The notes under the pieces were generated by a model. The model had not been told where the DNA came from. It saw only the letters and a program-made list of their open reading frames with translations, and did not search any database. Of a stretch of 64,000 nucleotides of DNA, positions 28,602 to 43,457 are shown piece by piece. The position numbers and the translations under genes are program-made. Every line of letters begins with the position of its first letter. Positions within the stretch are counted from its first letter, which is position 1. The stretch is from assembly GCA_012295275.1 (NCBI GenBank), contig CM022674.1:6386001-6450000 (forward strand), read 5' to 3'. Source of the DNA: Chrysomallon squamiferum (Eukaryota; Animalia; Mollusca).

Positions 28602-29291
28602 ATGTCTGACAAAGAAGAAATATTTGAGAGATATTCTCCCCAACATCCCCTCCCCGAGAAGATTCAGCAGATGACCAGAGATGAAACTGTGTGCCAGTAC
28701 TGCGGGGTCAGTTACCTCATTCACAACGAGATTAAAGCTTTGGAGAAAAAACTGAAGGCTGCAGAAAAGGAGCTGGGGCATCTGAGAGGTTGCGAGAAGA
28801 GGGAGAAAGACCTAGAGAAGAAACTCGAAGAGGTTGAGTTGAGGTTAAGACGAAGCGAGACGTCTGTGGATGAGGGCAGGAAAGAGTGGGTAGACATTTT
28901 GAACACGTCTTGTTAGTGTGTTGTGATATAAGTTGTTAGATCTTCATGTACTGAGAATAGCATGTCATAGTTGTAGTGTGCTTATGTAATATGTATGTGT
29001 GTGAGTGCATGTGTCTATGTGTATAATGTATGTATGTATTTATGTATATATGTATTTATATATGTGTGGGGGTGTATGTATGTGTATATATATAAAAATA
29101 ATTATTTTATTTACATTGTTTAAATGTGTGTATCTGTATGTAAATAATTATTTTATTTAGTTTGTTTAAATGTATGTATCTGTATATAAATATATATGTG
29201 TGTGTATCTGACATGTATGTGTATGTGTATATACAAATGTATGCACATATATATGTATGTATCTGTGTCTGTGTATATGTATGTGTATGTA

Positions 29292-29322
<31 letters not shown>

Positions 29323-30042
29323 TTGTGTATGCATGTATTTGCATAGATAGATAGGTGTGTGTGTCTCTGAATGTTAGTATATGGGTTTATGGGTGGGTAT
29401 ATTCATCTAGGTACACATGGATAATACATACTGACATATAAATATAGACTACATTACAAATATTGTGTGTACTAACAGTAATAGTAATTCACATAGTTAA
29501 ATTTGTAATGTTGAATTAGTAATTGTAAATAGCAGTAACAACAGTAGCAATAGCAATAGAAATAAAAATAATAACCATAGTAAAAGTAATAACAATTAAT
29601 ACAGAAGAAGTTGTAGTAGCAATAGTAGTAGTACTAGTGATAGTTGCAGTGATAGTAGTAGTAGTAATGGTAACAACAGAAACGTAACAATACATATATA
29701 TTATGTTTGTTCCAAAATTAATCAATTTTTTAATTTTCAGAAAAGAGATCTTAGCTGCAAAATTAAAAACCACAGAAGATTCTAACAAAACATTAAAAGA
29801 TAAAAATGACAAACTTGAAAAAACAACAGAAACAAACAGGTACAGTAATATTGCACATGAAAATGTTATTTAAAGTATTGCTTAATGTTGTTTTACTGTG
29901 CATTAAGATTAAGTTTAGATTAATCTGTGAAGTTAATATTTTCTTTTGTTTATGATCAAATAAATTGGTTATGACATTCTGATTATTTTTTCATACCAGC
30001 AGATCCACAAAATAATTAGTATTTCTTAAACTATATTCACAG

Positions 30043-30083
<41 letters not shown>

Positions 30084-31237
30084 CACCAAAACAAATTAAA
30101 CTATGCTATATATGATTTAGAATATCGAAACCTAGTTCATGTTTTTTTTCTTTTTTAAAAAAAATTGTAGACTGAGGTGGGTGAAGATGACAAAGAATTT
30201 GTCAAATCTGGCAGCATGTGTCACACTGATTAAATCATCTGTGAAACTGATGAAATCTGACGTGAAACAACACGACAGAGAGAGAGAAGAAAACTTCAGT
30301 CAAGTCAGAAATGAGATGATCAATCAGCTTAAATCTTATATAGAAGGTATATGTCTGATATATATATATATATTGTTTTTTTATATATTCTATTATTTTA
30401 ATTATATATTTGTATTTTATTTTATTTTATTTTATTTTATTTATTTAGTTATTTATTTACTTATTTATTATTTATTTATTTATTAATCTTCATTGTTAGG
30501 TAAAATCTGTTGATTTATTTATTTGTTTGTTTATTTGTTCTGGTTAAGATCTTTTCAGTATCAAAGAAAGTATTATTTTTCTCTATCTTTCTATTCCTGC
30601 CTTCTCTCTGTCTGTCTCTGTCTTTTTCTATCTCTGTCTCTCTTTCTCTCTCTCTTTCTTTCTTTCTGTCACTACATATATGTACACACACATAATATTT
30701 CCCTCTGTCTATCACTAGTGCTTTTTTTCTGTCTCTGTGTCTCACTCCATTCCTCTGTAATTTTTTTTCCCATTTTTTATTGCATCATCTGGACCTTAAA
30801 TGTTTATCAACTTTAACATCCTTAGTTTTATCTTTGTATTATCTTGCCTTTAGATAAAATTTTAAATAACACATTTTATTTTATTTTTTTTTTAAATATG
30901 TTTCAGATCAGCAGTCAAAAGAACACATTTTGTCTCGGCTTGGTCAGTTTGAAATGGAGAACACAATGTTAAAACAATCAGTAAGAGACGCTAATGAAAA
31001 ACTGAAATCACAAACGACAAAAACTGAAGAGATGGGGAGATGGCAGGTGGAGCAGGAGGAGAAACACAAACAGCTGAAAGATAAAATAACAAAACTTGAA
31101 GAAACCTGTAAACAGCAGGAGCAGAAGGCAGCAGGTGTCGGATATTGAAAATCCTTATTTTATTTTGAAAATCTTTTTTTGTATTATTTAAAAAAATATA
31201 TATTTATATATATATACACAATGTGTGTGTGTGTGTT

Positions 31238-31279
<42 letters not shown>

Positions 31280-31905
31280 ACTGACCCTCAATTTCACAGA
31301 CCTAATGAAAGGAACAGGAGTTCCGAAAAAAGCGAAAAGCTGAGAAATTGCGAAAGTAAACATTAATTTTAAAATTTACCAAAACATTAAACTTTAGTAC
31401 CAACTAACTGCTTTATAATAAGTAATATAATAATGTACCGAGCAATACACAGATAATAAAAATAATGTAAAAAAATATACGTAAAGAATCTTGTGTACAG
31501 GAGAAAAATGTAGTCTGGGTTGAATGATGTTTGTTAGGTTAGGATGTTTGTTGGTGCGGTTGTGAAAGTTAATCTTACTGTGATGGGGAGGGTTGTTGAG
31601 TTTGCGTAGCAGGGTCTCAGAATAACCTAGAGGTAAGTTTCCATGTGGGAAATGGCAGAAAGTTTAAATTTTGTTATTTTTCTATATTTTATCAGGATTT
31701 CTTCAAATTTTGAAAAACCAAGATCTGTGAAACTGAGTGAAACAGTGTGTGTAATTCGTAGTAGTAGTTATTACTATTATTATTATTATTATTATTATTA
31801 TTGTTATTGTTATTGTTATTGTTATTGTTATTGTTATTATTGTTATTATTGTTATTATTGTTATTATTATTATTGTTATTGTTATTATTATATTATTATT
31901 ATTAC

Positions 31906-31971
<66 letters not shown>

Positions 31972-32935
31972 AGTATATAAAAAGGAACTGGATAGTTTAC
32001 AGTCAGTAAACAGAAAACTGTCAATGGAAATAGAACAGTTTCAAAATCAACTCAAGTAAGTTAAACATTTTATAAGAGATTTTCTTTACTTCTCTCTATT
32101 ATTTATTATATTTTTTTTTTTTAGATAATATTATTTATCATAAATTATTATTTTATATATCAAATAATTTTCCATTATGTTTTAATCTTTATAAAAAAAC
32201 ATTTTAGAAAACTGATGTGAGTTTTTTATTTAAAATATAAAAATCTTTTATTATTTTTTTTATTTTTTTTTTTTTTCTCTCTTCTTTGTTTGATTTTATG
32301 GGATTATCTTTTATTTATCTTACATTTAAATTGTTGAATTACCATTCTTTTCTTGTTTTTTTAAATTTTGGTTCATTTTTATTATTATTTTTTAGAACCA
32401 AGAGTAAAGAACTAGACAATGTAACTGGACTACTTTCAAAAAAAGATCACCAACACGAAGTTTCACTTAACAAGTACGTTTATCTATTTTTACATTTACA
32501 TACTGAGATTCAGCTGTACATTTTCTGGACATATATCAATGCAACATAAAAATATAAGTAAAGCAAGTTTATATATTTATAAACATTAAAAGGTGAAGAT
32601 TTTTGGTTTCTGTTAATATAATCAACATAATACAGTAATGCTTTCAAATATAAAGTATTGTTACTAGCATTCTAACTGTTTTTATTATTATTGTTATTAT
32701 TGCTGTCATTGTTTTTTGTTATTGTTATATATATTATCATTATTACCATTATTATTGTTATTGTTGTTATTATTATCATTATCATTATTATCATTATTAT
32801 TATTATTATTATTATTTACTACTATTATTATTATTATATTATTATATTATTATTATTATTATTATTTTATTATTATATTATTACTATTATATTATTAGTA
32901 ATATTACTATTGTTATTATTGTTGTTGCTTGTATG

Positions 32936-32988
<53 letters not shown>

Positions 32989-33252
32989 TACTATTACTAT
33001 TACTATTACTATTACTGTTATTATTATTGTTATTATTATTGTTATTATTATTATTTCAGTATTATGGTGGAGCTGAAAGCTAAAGAAGGAGAGTTGGTGT
33101 ACACAAAGAAACAACTGAAGAATTTAGAAAATCTTTATCAGGAAGAAATAGAAAAACAGAAATCTGTAAACAACCAGGCTGCAGCCACAATGAGTATATC
33201 AAATTTATTTATTTATTTATTTATTTGTTTATTTATTTATTTATTTATTTGT

Positions 33253-33287
<35 letters not shown>

Positions 33288-35908
33288 TTTGTTTTTTTTT
33301 TTGTTTGTTTGTTAATTTATTTATTTATATTTTTATTTATTTATCTATTTACTTGTCTGTTTGTTTGTTTATTTGTTTATTTATTTATTTATTTACATAC
33401 TTACTTACTTATTTACTTATTTATTTACTTACTTGTTTGTTTGTTAATTTAATTTAACATCTGTTAATTGTTATTTATTTATTTATTTATTATTTATTAT
33501 TTTAACCTTTTTTCTTTTTTTAATTCTTACTTTGATTTATTGTTTATTTATTAAATTAGGGTTTTTATCCTGATTTTTTTGAGCGGTTTCATTATTTTCC
33601 TACATATACAACATCGTTCTTTTCTTTTTTAATTTATTTATCTTCTTTATTTTTTGTTATTAATTGTTCTTGCTGTATATTTTTCTATTCACGAAGCCAT
33701 TTCAACAGTGTAAACATAGAAATAACAAATAGAACAAAAATACATTTAAAACAGTATAATATAGATGTCACATAATGTATTTTCAAATAGTATTTGATTA
33801 TTAATTAACATGGAGTTGTGAGTTTTTTAATTATTTTTTTCGTTGTTGATTTTTTGTTACTGATTAATGTATGATCAAATGGTAATGATTGTTAATTACA
33901 GCATTACTGTTTTATTAATATATATATTTTTAATTTAACAGGTGAGACAAAAGAACTGAAAGATGCACTCTCTCAGGCCAGGGCAGATCTGGAGGCCCTC
34001 AAAGCTGAAAGGTGAGGTCAAATTTCTGGGGAGTGACATTTGGCGGTATGGAAGATGGGATGCTCAGTGGGAGGGGTGTTTTTTTTTACAAATGTATAAG
34101 CAGACAAAATGATTCCTGCTGTATGGGGGTGGGGGGAGATGCAGAAAGGAAGGAGGGACAGTTGTATGGATGGACAGGGCGAGGGAATGAGGAAGGGAGA
34201 TATATGAAAGGATGAATACAGAGAAAAAGGGATTGACAGGTAGATAGAAAGATGGAAGAATGGATGAATAGATGGATGGACAGAATAGATGTTTGTACAT
34301 GTAGAAGGAAGGATGGACAGATGGACCACTGACAAGTATAAACACATATTTTGATCAAATTCATGATTATTATTTTTTTTTTTTCTCTCTCTCTTTAATG
34401 ACACAAACCAATACTATGTGTGATTTTAGGATGGTAGCAAAAACAAGAAAACACAGCAAACCAAACACAGCGATGTGTAATAATGTTTAGAATGTGGTTT
34501 AGATGAGTGTCGACACACAACATCAGTCTCAGAGACGTAAATAAAACAACAGACCTGATGTGTGCAAGGCCAGTGTAAAGTAATTGTTTGTTTTTCAGAG
34601 AACTGATGATTTCCACCCACCACAACCGCATAGAAGAACTCAGAGAGAGCTTTAAAAACAGAATGGCAGAAACTGATCTGTGGCCCCAGAAAGTGAGTCA
34701 CACAAAAAATTAATTTGTTTTGCCTTTATTTTTATTTTTTTATCTCGTTTAACCCTTTGAAGCCTGAGCTCCTATACAAACTCATACTCTGTGCATGTAG
34801 AATCAGCTAAAATTTGCAAATATCCATACTTGATCTCTTAAAAAATACAAAGATGATCTGTAAAGAATCTTTATAAGTATTTTATTAAATGTAGTGTTGA
34901 TGTGAGGAATATATATCTATATATATATAGTTACTGCTCAGGTTCAAAGGTTAACTGTTTTTGGATTTTCAGAGATGGGATGTTTGATTTTGTGGTTCAT
35001 TTAAGCATAAAACTTTCATTTTCTTTGTTTATGTAATTGTGTTTATTTATTTTATTTTTATCTTGTTGATATATTTGTTTATGTTCTATTTTTATTTTTT
35101 TATTTGTATATTTATTTGTTTATTTATAATTAATTATTTATTTATTTACTTATTTATTTATATTTATGTAATAATTTATTTACTTATTTAATAATTTATT
35201 TATATATTTGTTTATTTACTTATTTACTTATTTATTTATACATTTGTTTATTTACTTATTTAATTATTTATTTATATATTTGTTTATTTACTTATTTAAT
35301 AATTTACTTATACATTTGTTTATTTACTTATTTAATAATTTATTTATACATTTGTTTATTTACTTATTTACTTATTTAAAGTTAGCAGAAGCTGTGCAGA
35401 AAGAACAGAATAAACATGCAATAAAAGTGTCGGAACTGGAAAACAAGTTGAAAGAAGATTTTGTTGCTGTAAGTATTACATATTAATTCAGTTAATTTAA
35501 ATCACAATACATTTTTTTACATTCTTTTTCTTAAATGTAATTAAAACTTCATGCACAGTTTTATCAAGAAGCAGATTAATGAAATTTCATTGACTTATTC
35601 AGTTTAAAAAATTTAAAGTGAGTTAACTTAATTTATTTATGTTTATCATTTAATAAATTAGTAGTAGAAGTAGTAGTAGTAGAAATACAGGTAGGAGTAA
35701 TATTAGTGGTGGCAATAACAGAGTAGTAGTAGTAGTAAAAGAAGTAGTAGCATTAGTAAAGTATTAGTTTTAATAGACTTAGTAATAGTGATAGTAGTGA
35801 TAATCATAACAGTAAAAAAATTTCATTGACTAATTTAGCTTAAAATTTTTAAAGTGAATTAACCTAAGTGATCTCAGTTTATCAGCTAATAAAGTAGTAA
35901 TAGAAATT

Positions 35909-35951
<43 letters not shown>

Positions 35952-38900
35952 AAGTAGCTGTAGTAATAGTAGTAATTATAGTAATTATAGTAGCAATAGT
36001 AGAATAGTGGTAGAAATATTAGTGATTGTTGCAGTAAATAACAGTAATAATAGTAGTATAATAATAGTAGTAGTAGTAGCAGTAGTAATATTCACAGTCA
36101 CAGTAGTTGCAGTAATGATAATAATGATAATAGCAGCTGAAGTAATAGGCCTGGCAGACATTTTATTATTGTTATTTATTACATTACATATATAAATAGA
36201 ATAGATTATAAATATATTAAATAAAAAAATTCCTGACAGACTGAGTAATTTGCTTCTTTGTAATCAGTGACTAGTTTTAGTCAGTGAATGAATTGTTACA
36301 TTTTTATTATTATTATTATTACTTTTATTGTTATTATTTATTTATTTTTATTTACTTTTTGATTTTTATGTACAAAATAATATAAAGAAAGAAAACAGAC
36401 AATACTGATCTGTATATTATTTATTAATTATTTTATTATTTTATTATTTTTTTGTATATTTTTTATGCATTATTTGATATATACAGTCATTAATTTTTTT
36501 TATGTTATATTTATTTTTTTATCTATATTTTGCATTTGTTTATGTTTTATTTTTATTTTTTTTTTTTTTTTTATTTATTTTTTTTTTTTATTTATTTATT
36601 TTTTATTTTTTTTATTATTATTTTTTTCTTCTATTTATTTATTTATTTTTTTATTTGCAGAGTTTACAAGTGGAGAAGGAGAAGTATGATAAACTGATGC
36701 AGAAATATCAGGAACAACTGAAAAATAAAGACTCTGAAGCAAAAATTCAGGTTTCTTTTCCGTTGTTTCAGTCAGGCAAAATTGTTATATTTGAGTAACT
36801 AATGGAATGACACTGCATGTGTTTATCAGCTTTGAGTTATTCATCTTTGAGTAACTCAAAACTGAGTGTTCTGTAATCTGTCACATATATGTTGTAACAA
36901 TCCAGGTGTTGATTTTCAAAATATTGATTGATTTTGTAGTACCCCAAGTATTCAGAAGTTTAGAAGGTACTTTTTGTTGGGAAATCATTCTAGGAGTATT
37001 TTGGGATTGGTAGTACCTCCAAAATATGACATCACTAAATAGCTACAGCAATTTGAAGCAAGAGAAAGGTTAAAAACTATTTTTCATTTCACACAAAGAA
37101 ATAATAAGGTAATGTATCTCATACATTCTTCCCTGATTGATTTATAATTAATTTTAACATTTTCACAGGTATGACTGAACTGACATTTCCAGAATTACTA
37201 TGAATTGCCATTTAAATAACTGTAACAGTCTGTTTTGTGTTAATCAATGAATGGATCTCATTTAAAAAATAATCTTCACAGAAATAGGGTACAAGTTGTG
37301 TATTTAAGTCTCTTATTCTTTGTTTTCCTGATCGAGGAATTAAATAGAAATTTGTGTGTGACTGATAAATGACAGCCCTAAGCTCTGTGAACCATTTAGT
37401 ATAATTTTGTCTGGTCCAACGAATATAAAATAGAAGCATGACCCCATGTCAGCTGTGATGAACAAATGCAGCAAACATTCTTTAAGTCCTAATGAAGCCT
37501 AGAAATACCTGCAAGATCTCTGTATACAGGTTCTGGAAAGAGCAAGAGAGTATAGGATACACACTTGTTATTTCATGAACTGTTTATTTCTTTGTGTGAA
37601 TTACACAATTCACATACTGACACCTCCTTCCCTTCAAACTGATGTAGTTACTCAGTGATACTGTCTTTTTCTCTTTTTTTTTGAAGGAACTGCTAGGAAG
37701 ATACCCCAACAAAATGTACCATCAAACTTTCTGATTAATAAAAAACAGTATATTTGGCATAGCAAAATTTTGTTCAAAAGGAAGTTTGTCTTAGATATCA
37801 ATATACATTTTTTAAATTTCACTAATATTATTCCAGTGAGACTTTTGAAAAAAAAAATTACCTCACTCATGGAAGAATTTGATTATTCATGGCAACTGGC
37901 AATTGTAATGTGTATATTGTAAAATATTTTTTTTGTACTCTGCCCCACCCTTCAAACATACACATCTTGACAATAAGTGGTCTTTCATAGATGAACTGAC
38001 TCAGTACCATTTGTATCTTGCACTAAACAAACATTTATCTTTCCACTGACAGCAATTTTTTTTTTATATACACATAGTTCCTTAAATCTTACATGTTTAC
38101 TTTTAGCAAAAAAATAAACACTTATAGATGTCTATCAGGCAGACATTTTATTTGTATTACACATAGTGCCATTAATTTAAACATTTTTACTTCTAACAGA
38201 AAAACAAACACTTACTTGTACCTGCATTTTATTTATATACAGGTAGTTGTAAACCTTACGTTTTTTTTATTTCTAGCAAAGAAAAGAGCTCTCTGCTGGA
38301 TGCCATTTTGTTATTGTTCTTTGAGAGTGTTTAACAGTGGATATAAAACAAACAATTAAATGTATTGTTGTACACTAGGTTATTGATTTGTGTTTCAGAG
38401 AAGATTTTTTTAATTTTTTTTTTAATTTTTGAGAATGTTTGCTTTGAGTGAGCAAGAATGTTGTTATACAGGAATGTTATTATACAGGGTAGACTATGTA
38501 ATATTTTCAATAGATAGAGTATTATTGTGTGTGTGTGTGTGTGTGTGTGTGTGGTTATATTGTATATAAATAAAGATGTTTGTATGTGGGTCTGTGTGTA
38601 GGTGTGTGTGTGTTTAGCTGTAGATAAAAAAAAAAAGGTAAACATCTTTGTGCACAATTGTTTGGATCTATATTTAAATGCTAGTTTTCTTTTTGAAATT
38701 GTATCTAGGGATACATCATTTTATTTGTCATATTTTAAACAAAATAAAACCAGGCAATCGCCCTCAAAATCAAATAAATAATTCCTGAACTATCGAAATC
38801 AAAATTTAAATTTGTTTTTGTTTCAGCTTCAGAAACAGTTAGCTGCTGTGAAGTCAGGTCACATGACAGAGGTAAACACTCTGAGACAACAAATGGCTGA

Positions 38901-40801
38901 CAGCAAGGCCAGAGCAGCCGATAACGACAAAGATTTGAGAAAAGAAATCACCAGTTTGAAGAAAATCATTTCCGATTTAGAAAATCGTATAGGCAAGTTC
39001 AAAACATCTACACTAATCTATGTTCTAGTGATGTTAATACACTTACTCCAGCATTTTAATCCAAATGTTCCAGAGGTTTGCCTAAATCCAGAATATTAAT
39101 CCATGTGTTCTTGTAATGATGGAATGCTAATGAGGCAGATTTTATTATTGCAGGTTACCTAAGTGAGGGCAGTGTTGATGAAACTAATAAGTTAAAGCAA
39201 GAAATGCAACAAATAAAACAAGAACTCGCTGAAGTCGAAAAATCGGCTTTCCTCTACAGAAGGACAACTCCGTCAAGCAAAGGAGGAGGTAATTATTTAC
39301 TTTTTTCAATCTTTAATCTTTAATTATTAAGTATGGCTATGTCTCAGATAGTTACCCAACACTCACCTGTCTTGTCAAAAACTGGTTACCTCCCCTGAAA
39401 AAATGGGTTAGCTCCCATGCCTATCCATTCAGCATTGTGAATGTGCCTCTATTTATAGATGTATGTTTTAAATACAGACAGTAACATACCACTATTCCTT
39501 CTGCAATGGTTTTTAAAAAAATATATTTTAGTCAGAAGAAAATAATATATGATGACATAAATGATGGGTTATGTAAAATAAAATATACTTAATGAAAGAC
39601 AACTTGAACCCATTTTATTTTTATTGTTATTATTATTTTTATTGTTTATTATTTTTATTGTTATTATTACTGCTACTACAATTTTTTAAACTATTATTAT
39701 TAGTAGTAGTAGTACTACTACTACTACTACTGTTATTAAATCTAGTATTAGTATTATTATTATTGTTATTATTATTATTATTGTTATTATTATCATTACT
39801 ACTATTATTAATATTATTACTATGATTGTTATTATTATAGTCATTATTATCATATTTACCATTTATTTATTTATTTATTTATTTGTTTTTCAAATGTCAG
39901 GTGCTGTTTCTTCAGGAGACTGTACAGAAGGAATGTGAGGAAAGATTTGAACTCACTGAGGCTCTCAGTGATGCAAGAAAAGAATTATTACAGCTCAAAA
40001 TGCCTGCAGGTTAGAGTTACCTCCCTTGTTTCTTTATGCTCCTTTTTTATATTTAAGATTTTTAAACTCTTTGATTTTTTTTTTTAATTCTATTTTTTTT
40101 TATATAATTTTTTATAGACATAGTTACATATATATATATACACACATATATATAGATATATATATACACATATTTATATATATACACATATATATAGATA
40201 GACATAAATATAGATATAAAGATATTAATATATATATACTGATATGTGTAGATTCACACAGTACAAACTAATTCTGACTGTTTATATACAAATAGATTAT
40301 ATGTACAAAAAATATATGCATTTATGGATACAGTAATGTAGATATTTATATATGATAACATTCTCACACTAAGGTACATAGACATGCACACAGACAAACA
40401 CAAAAATACATCCCATACACACACCCACTCACAAAAACATACACTCACACACACAAAACACACACTCACACAAAAATACACAACACATATGCAGTTACGT
40501 GCACACACACACACACACACACACAAACAAATACACATGTAAAATATTTCTTATTTTTCTGCCTTTGTCAGGAGGTTACACACCCACAAATGGACAGAGA
40601 CCTATTGCTAATAATCTGTCTTCCAGAACTAGAACCTCGATTTCTAGCGAATCTAGGCAGAAAATTGCAGATTTTGTTTCCCCGGCAAACCAGACAGTTG
40701 GTTTCCATGGTGACACAGCTAAGCCTCAAGGAACCCTAAAAGGAAATTCAGTTTCTGAAAACAGAAAAAGGATAGCTGCTATTCTTGGAAAACCTTCTTG
40801 A
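28602..40801 (+). CDS. LEKR1: Leucine-, glutamate- and lysine-rich protein 1 (coiled-coil), ~686 aa after correcting a 1-nt frameshift
   Basis: Exons 28602-28885, 29741-29839, 30171-30346, 30907-31134, 31974-32055, 32396-32473, 33060-33193, 33942-34011, 34599-34692, 35382-35468, 36661-36750, 38827-38992 (GC donor), 39154-39288 (+1 nt), 39901-40009, 40572-40801. Recognised LEKR1 motifs: HPLPEKIQQM...VCQYCGVSYLIHNE, ERELMISTH, FLQETVQKECEERFELTEALS, and C-terminal ENRKRIAAIL. Confidence 0.92.
31279..31747. mobile_element. Decayed MITE with imperfect terminal inverted repeats (Tigger/pogo-like)
   Basis: Left cactgaccctcaatttcacagacct versus reverse complement of the right end cactgtttcactcagtttcacagatct. 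Family assignment is by resemblance only. Confidence 0.5.
34753..34950. mobile_element. piggyBac-like MITE with TTAA target-site duplication
   Basis: TTAA|ccctttgaagcctgagc ... gctcaggttcaaagg|TTAA. Confidence 0.65.
35140..35380. repeat. ~36-bp AT-rich minisatellite (tttatttatacatttgtttatttacttatttaataa)
   Basis: Tandem units directly upstream of the LEKR1 acceptor at 35381. Confidence 0.75.
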
Positions 40802-41255
40802 ACTTTCTTGTTACCTGGTTACAGGTTAAATACATTAACAAGACTTGGCAGCTAGTACATCAGCTGAAAATGAAATGAACTATTATAACAAATGAAGCAG
40901 AGTCTTTCAAAATGGTCGGTTTTGATTTCCAAGGATTGATGAGATATTTCAGAAGATCGAAAAAAAAAAGAAAAAGAAAAAAAAAACTTTGTGGGTTGAT
41001 TGTGGTCGGTTTAGGTTACAGACTAACGTGAATTATGTTCATAAGTTTGAGAGACTTTGCACTGTGGTGTGTTTGTTAATGCTGAAGATGATTTTAGTGA
41101 AGTTAAAAAAGCAGAAGAGAAAGAAGTGCTGTGCCTAAAATATCAAAAGTTGAAGAAAAAAAGATGTTAGTGCTAATTCCAAAGAACCTCAGTCATGTAT
41201 CAAACAATCAATAACAATCTAATGTTTATTTATTTGTGATAATTTCTGTGTTTTC

Positions 41256-41261
41256 AATAAA
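41256..41261 (+). terminator. Candidate polyadenylation signal of LEKR1
   Basis: AATAAA ~450 nt after the stop codon, followed by T-rich sequence. Confidence 0.45.
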
Positions 41262-41329
41262 TTATTATCTCTCATTTCACCATTGTTTATATTTTTATTA
41301 TTTATAATCCCAGTTATAGTTTTTATGTT

Positions 41330-41640
41330 TTTATTATCAGATATATTTTATTAATTATATTATCAGTTATATTTTTATTAATTTGATCATTGTTGTTGTA
41401 TTTTTATTAATTATATTATCAATTAAATTTTTATTAATTCTATTATCAGTTATATTTTTATTAATTATATTATCACTTATTTTTTATTAATTATATTATC
41501 AGTTATATTTTTATTAATCATATTATCAGTTATATTTTTTTTAATCATATTATCAGTTATATTTTTATTAATTAGGTTATCACTGTTTCATTTTTATTAA
41601 TTATATTATCAGTTATATTTTTATTAATTATATTCACTGT
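41330..41640. repeat. ~27-bp minisatellite (tatcagttatatttttattaattatat)
   Basis: About ten degenerate tandem units. Confidence 0.85.
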
Positions 41641-41749
41641 TACATTTCTGTTTCCCCTGAGTTTGTGTTTAAAGCAAAGTTTACGATAGTTATTCTTCAA
41701 GTCATGAGCATCCGAGACAGCTGGTTTAAAAATGAAACAAAGCATTACA

Positions 41750-41864
41750 AAAACAAAACTGAAATAAACCTGAGAGGATGGTTCATGGCATATCACCCTG
41801 AACATGGAACCACACCCTGAGTTCAACACATGCAAATCAATTTTTTTTTTTTATTTTTTTAATG

Positions 41865-41895
<31 letters not shown>

Positions 41896-42629
41896 TGTCC
41901 ATTATTAAAAAAAAAAAAGTAATAATAATTGTTTCTCTTAAGTGATAATGTCATTAAATTGTTTTGAAAATATTTTGAGAATTTCTTGTAAAATAAAACA
42001 TGAAAAATTAAAAATTGGAGATATTTGGTGCTTCATAAAAAAATTCAAAATTATTTCTTTTAGATTTTTTAATTTCATATGAAAATGGATTTATTCAAAA
42101 TGGAGAGCTATGTTGTTTTTTTTCAAATGTATTACAGATGTATAATACATAAATAAACACAGATATTTACAGTATAGCCGATAATAATACACAAAAACAA
42201 ATTAAAAATAACTGTATCCTGTATTGATTATGTAATTTCTGCCATTGGTACTTTTTTTTTTTATTATTATTATTTTTTTATTATACTTACTACCCATATG
42301 ATTGTAATCCAATATACTTTTTACGTTCACAGATCAATAGCAGGAATTGGGATATATTTTAAATTAATAATTCAGTAACAAACACTTCAGTTTTCAAGTA
42401 TGTTTCAATGGCTGCCATTTGAAGATGAAACCAATATCCATCGAGACACGATTATTTCTAGATTGTTCTAAATTGTTGTAGTTACAGATAAATGATTCAT
42501 ACTTAACCCTGCTAACAGAACCCAAAACAAGGTGGGTTCAAATCCTCTTTGAGGAAAGGCTAAATTATTTTATTTAAATATGTTTTTCTTTTTCTTTTTT
42601 TAATTGTTTTTTTTAAATTATTATTATTA

Positions 42630-42673
<44 letters not shown>

Positions 42674-42990
42674 TTCTGTTATTTTTATTTATTTTTTTTA
42701 TTTTTTTTTTTTTATTTTTTTTTTTTTTTTTTTTTTTTTTCAACTGTATAGAGTGAATTTTTTTATTATTTTTTTTCCTTTTAAAAGTAAAAGATAATAT
42801 CAATATAACTGAATATATAATGTTTACCATTAACTGCTTATTATATTTAATAGTTGTCTACAATTAGAATATACTCAAATATTTACCAATGTCTTCTTAT
42901 AAAATTCTTTTGTAAAATTAACAACAAATATTTTTGATAACAATTCTGGCAGATATAACACATCAAATATTCAGGTTAACACTTTTAAAT

Positions 42991-43021
<31 letters not shown>

Positions 43022-43398
43022 CTTTTTTTTAATTTATAATTAATTTTGACTGTTATCAAATAAAGAAAATCAATAAATACTGACAGACATAGATAAATAT
43101 GTATCTTACAGAGTCCAGGTAATTTTATTATTTATACAGCTACCACTATAATGACTGCCACTATTACTACTACAACAAAAAATATTAGTTCTGTTATATC
43201 TACTACTACATTTATTGCTTTTACCAGTATTACTATTTCTAGGCCTGTTTTTTAAAAACAAAAAAAAAAAAAAAAAAAAAACAGAAGTAATTGTAAGAAT
43301 AAAATTTAAAAAATAAAATTGTTTTGAACTGAAATAACCATGAGTGACTGTTTCATAACCTGAATTTAATGCATGAAAAACAATTAACCAATATTTTA

Positions 43399-43457
<59 letters not shown>

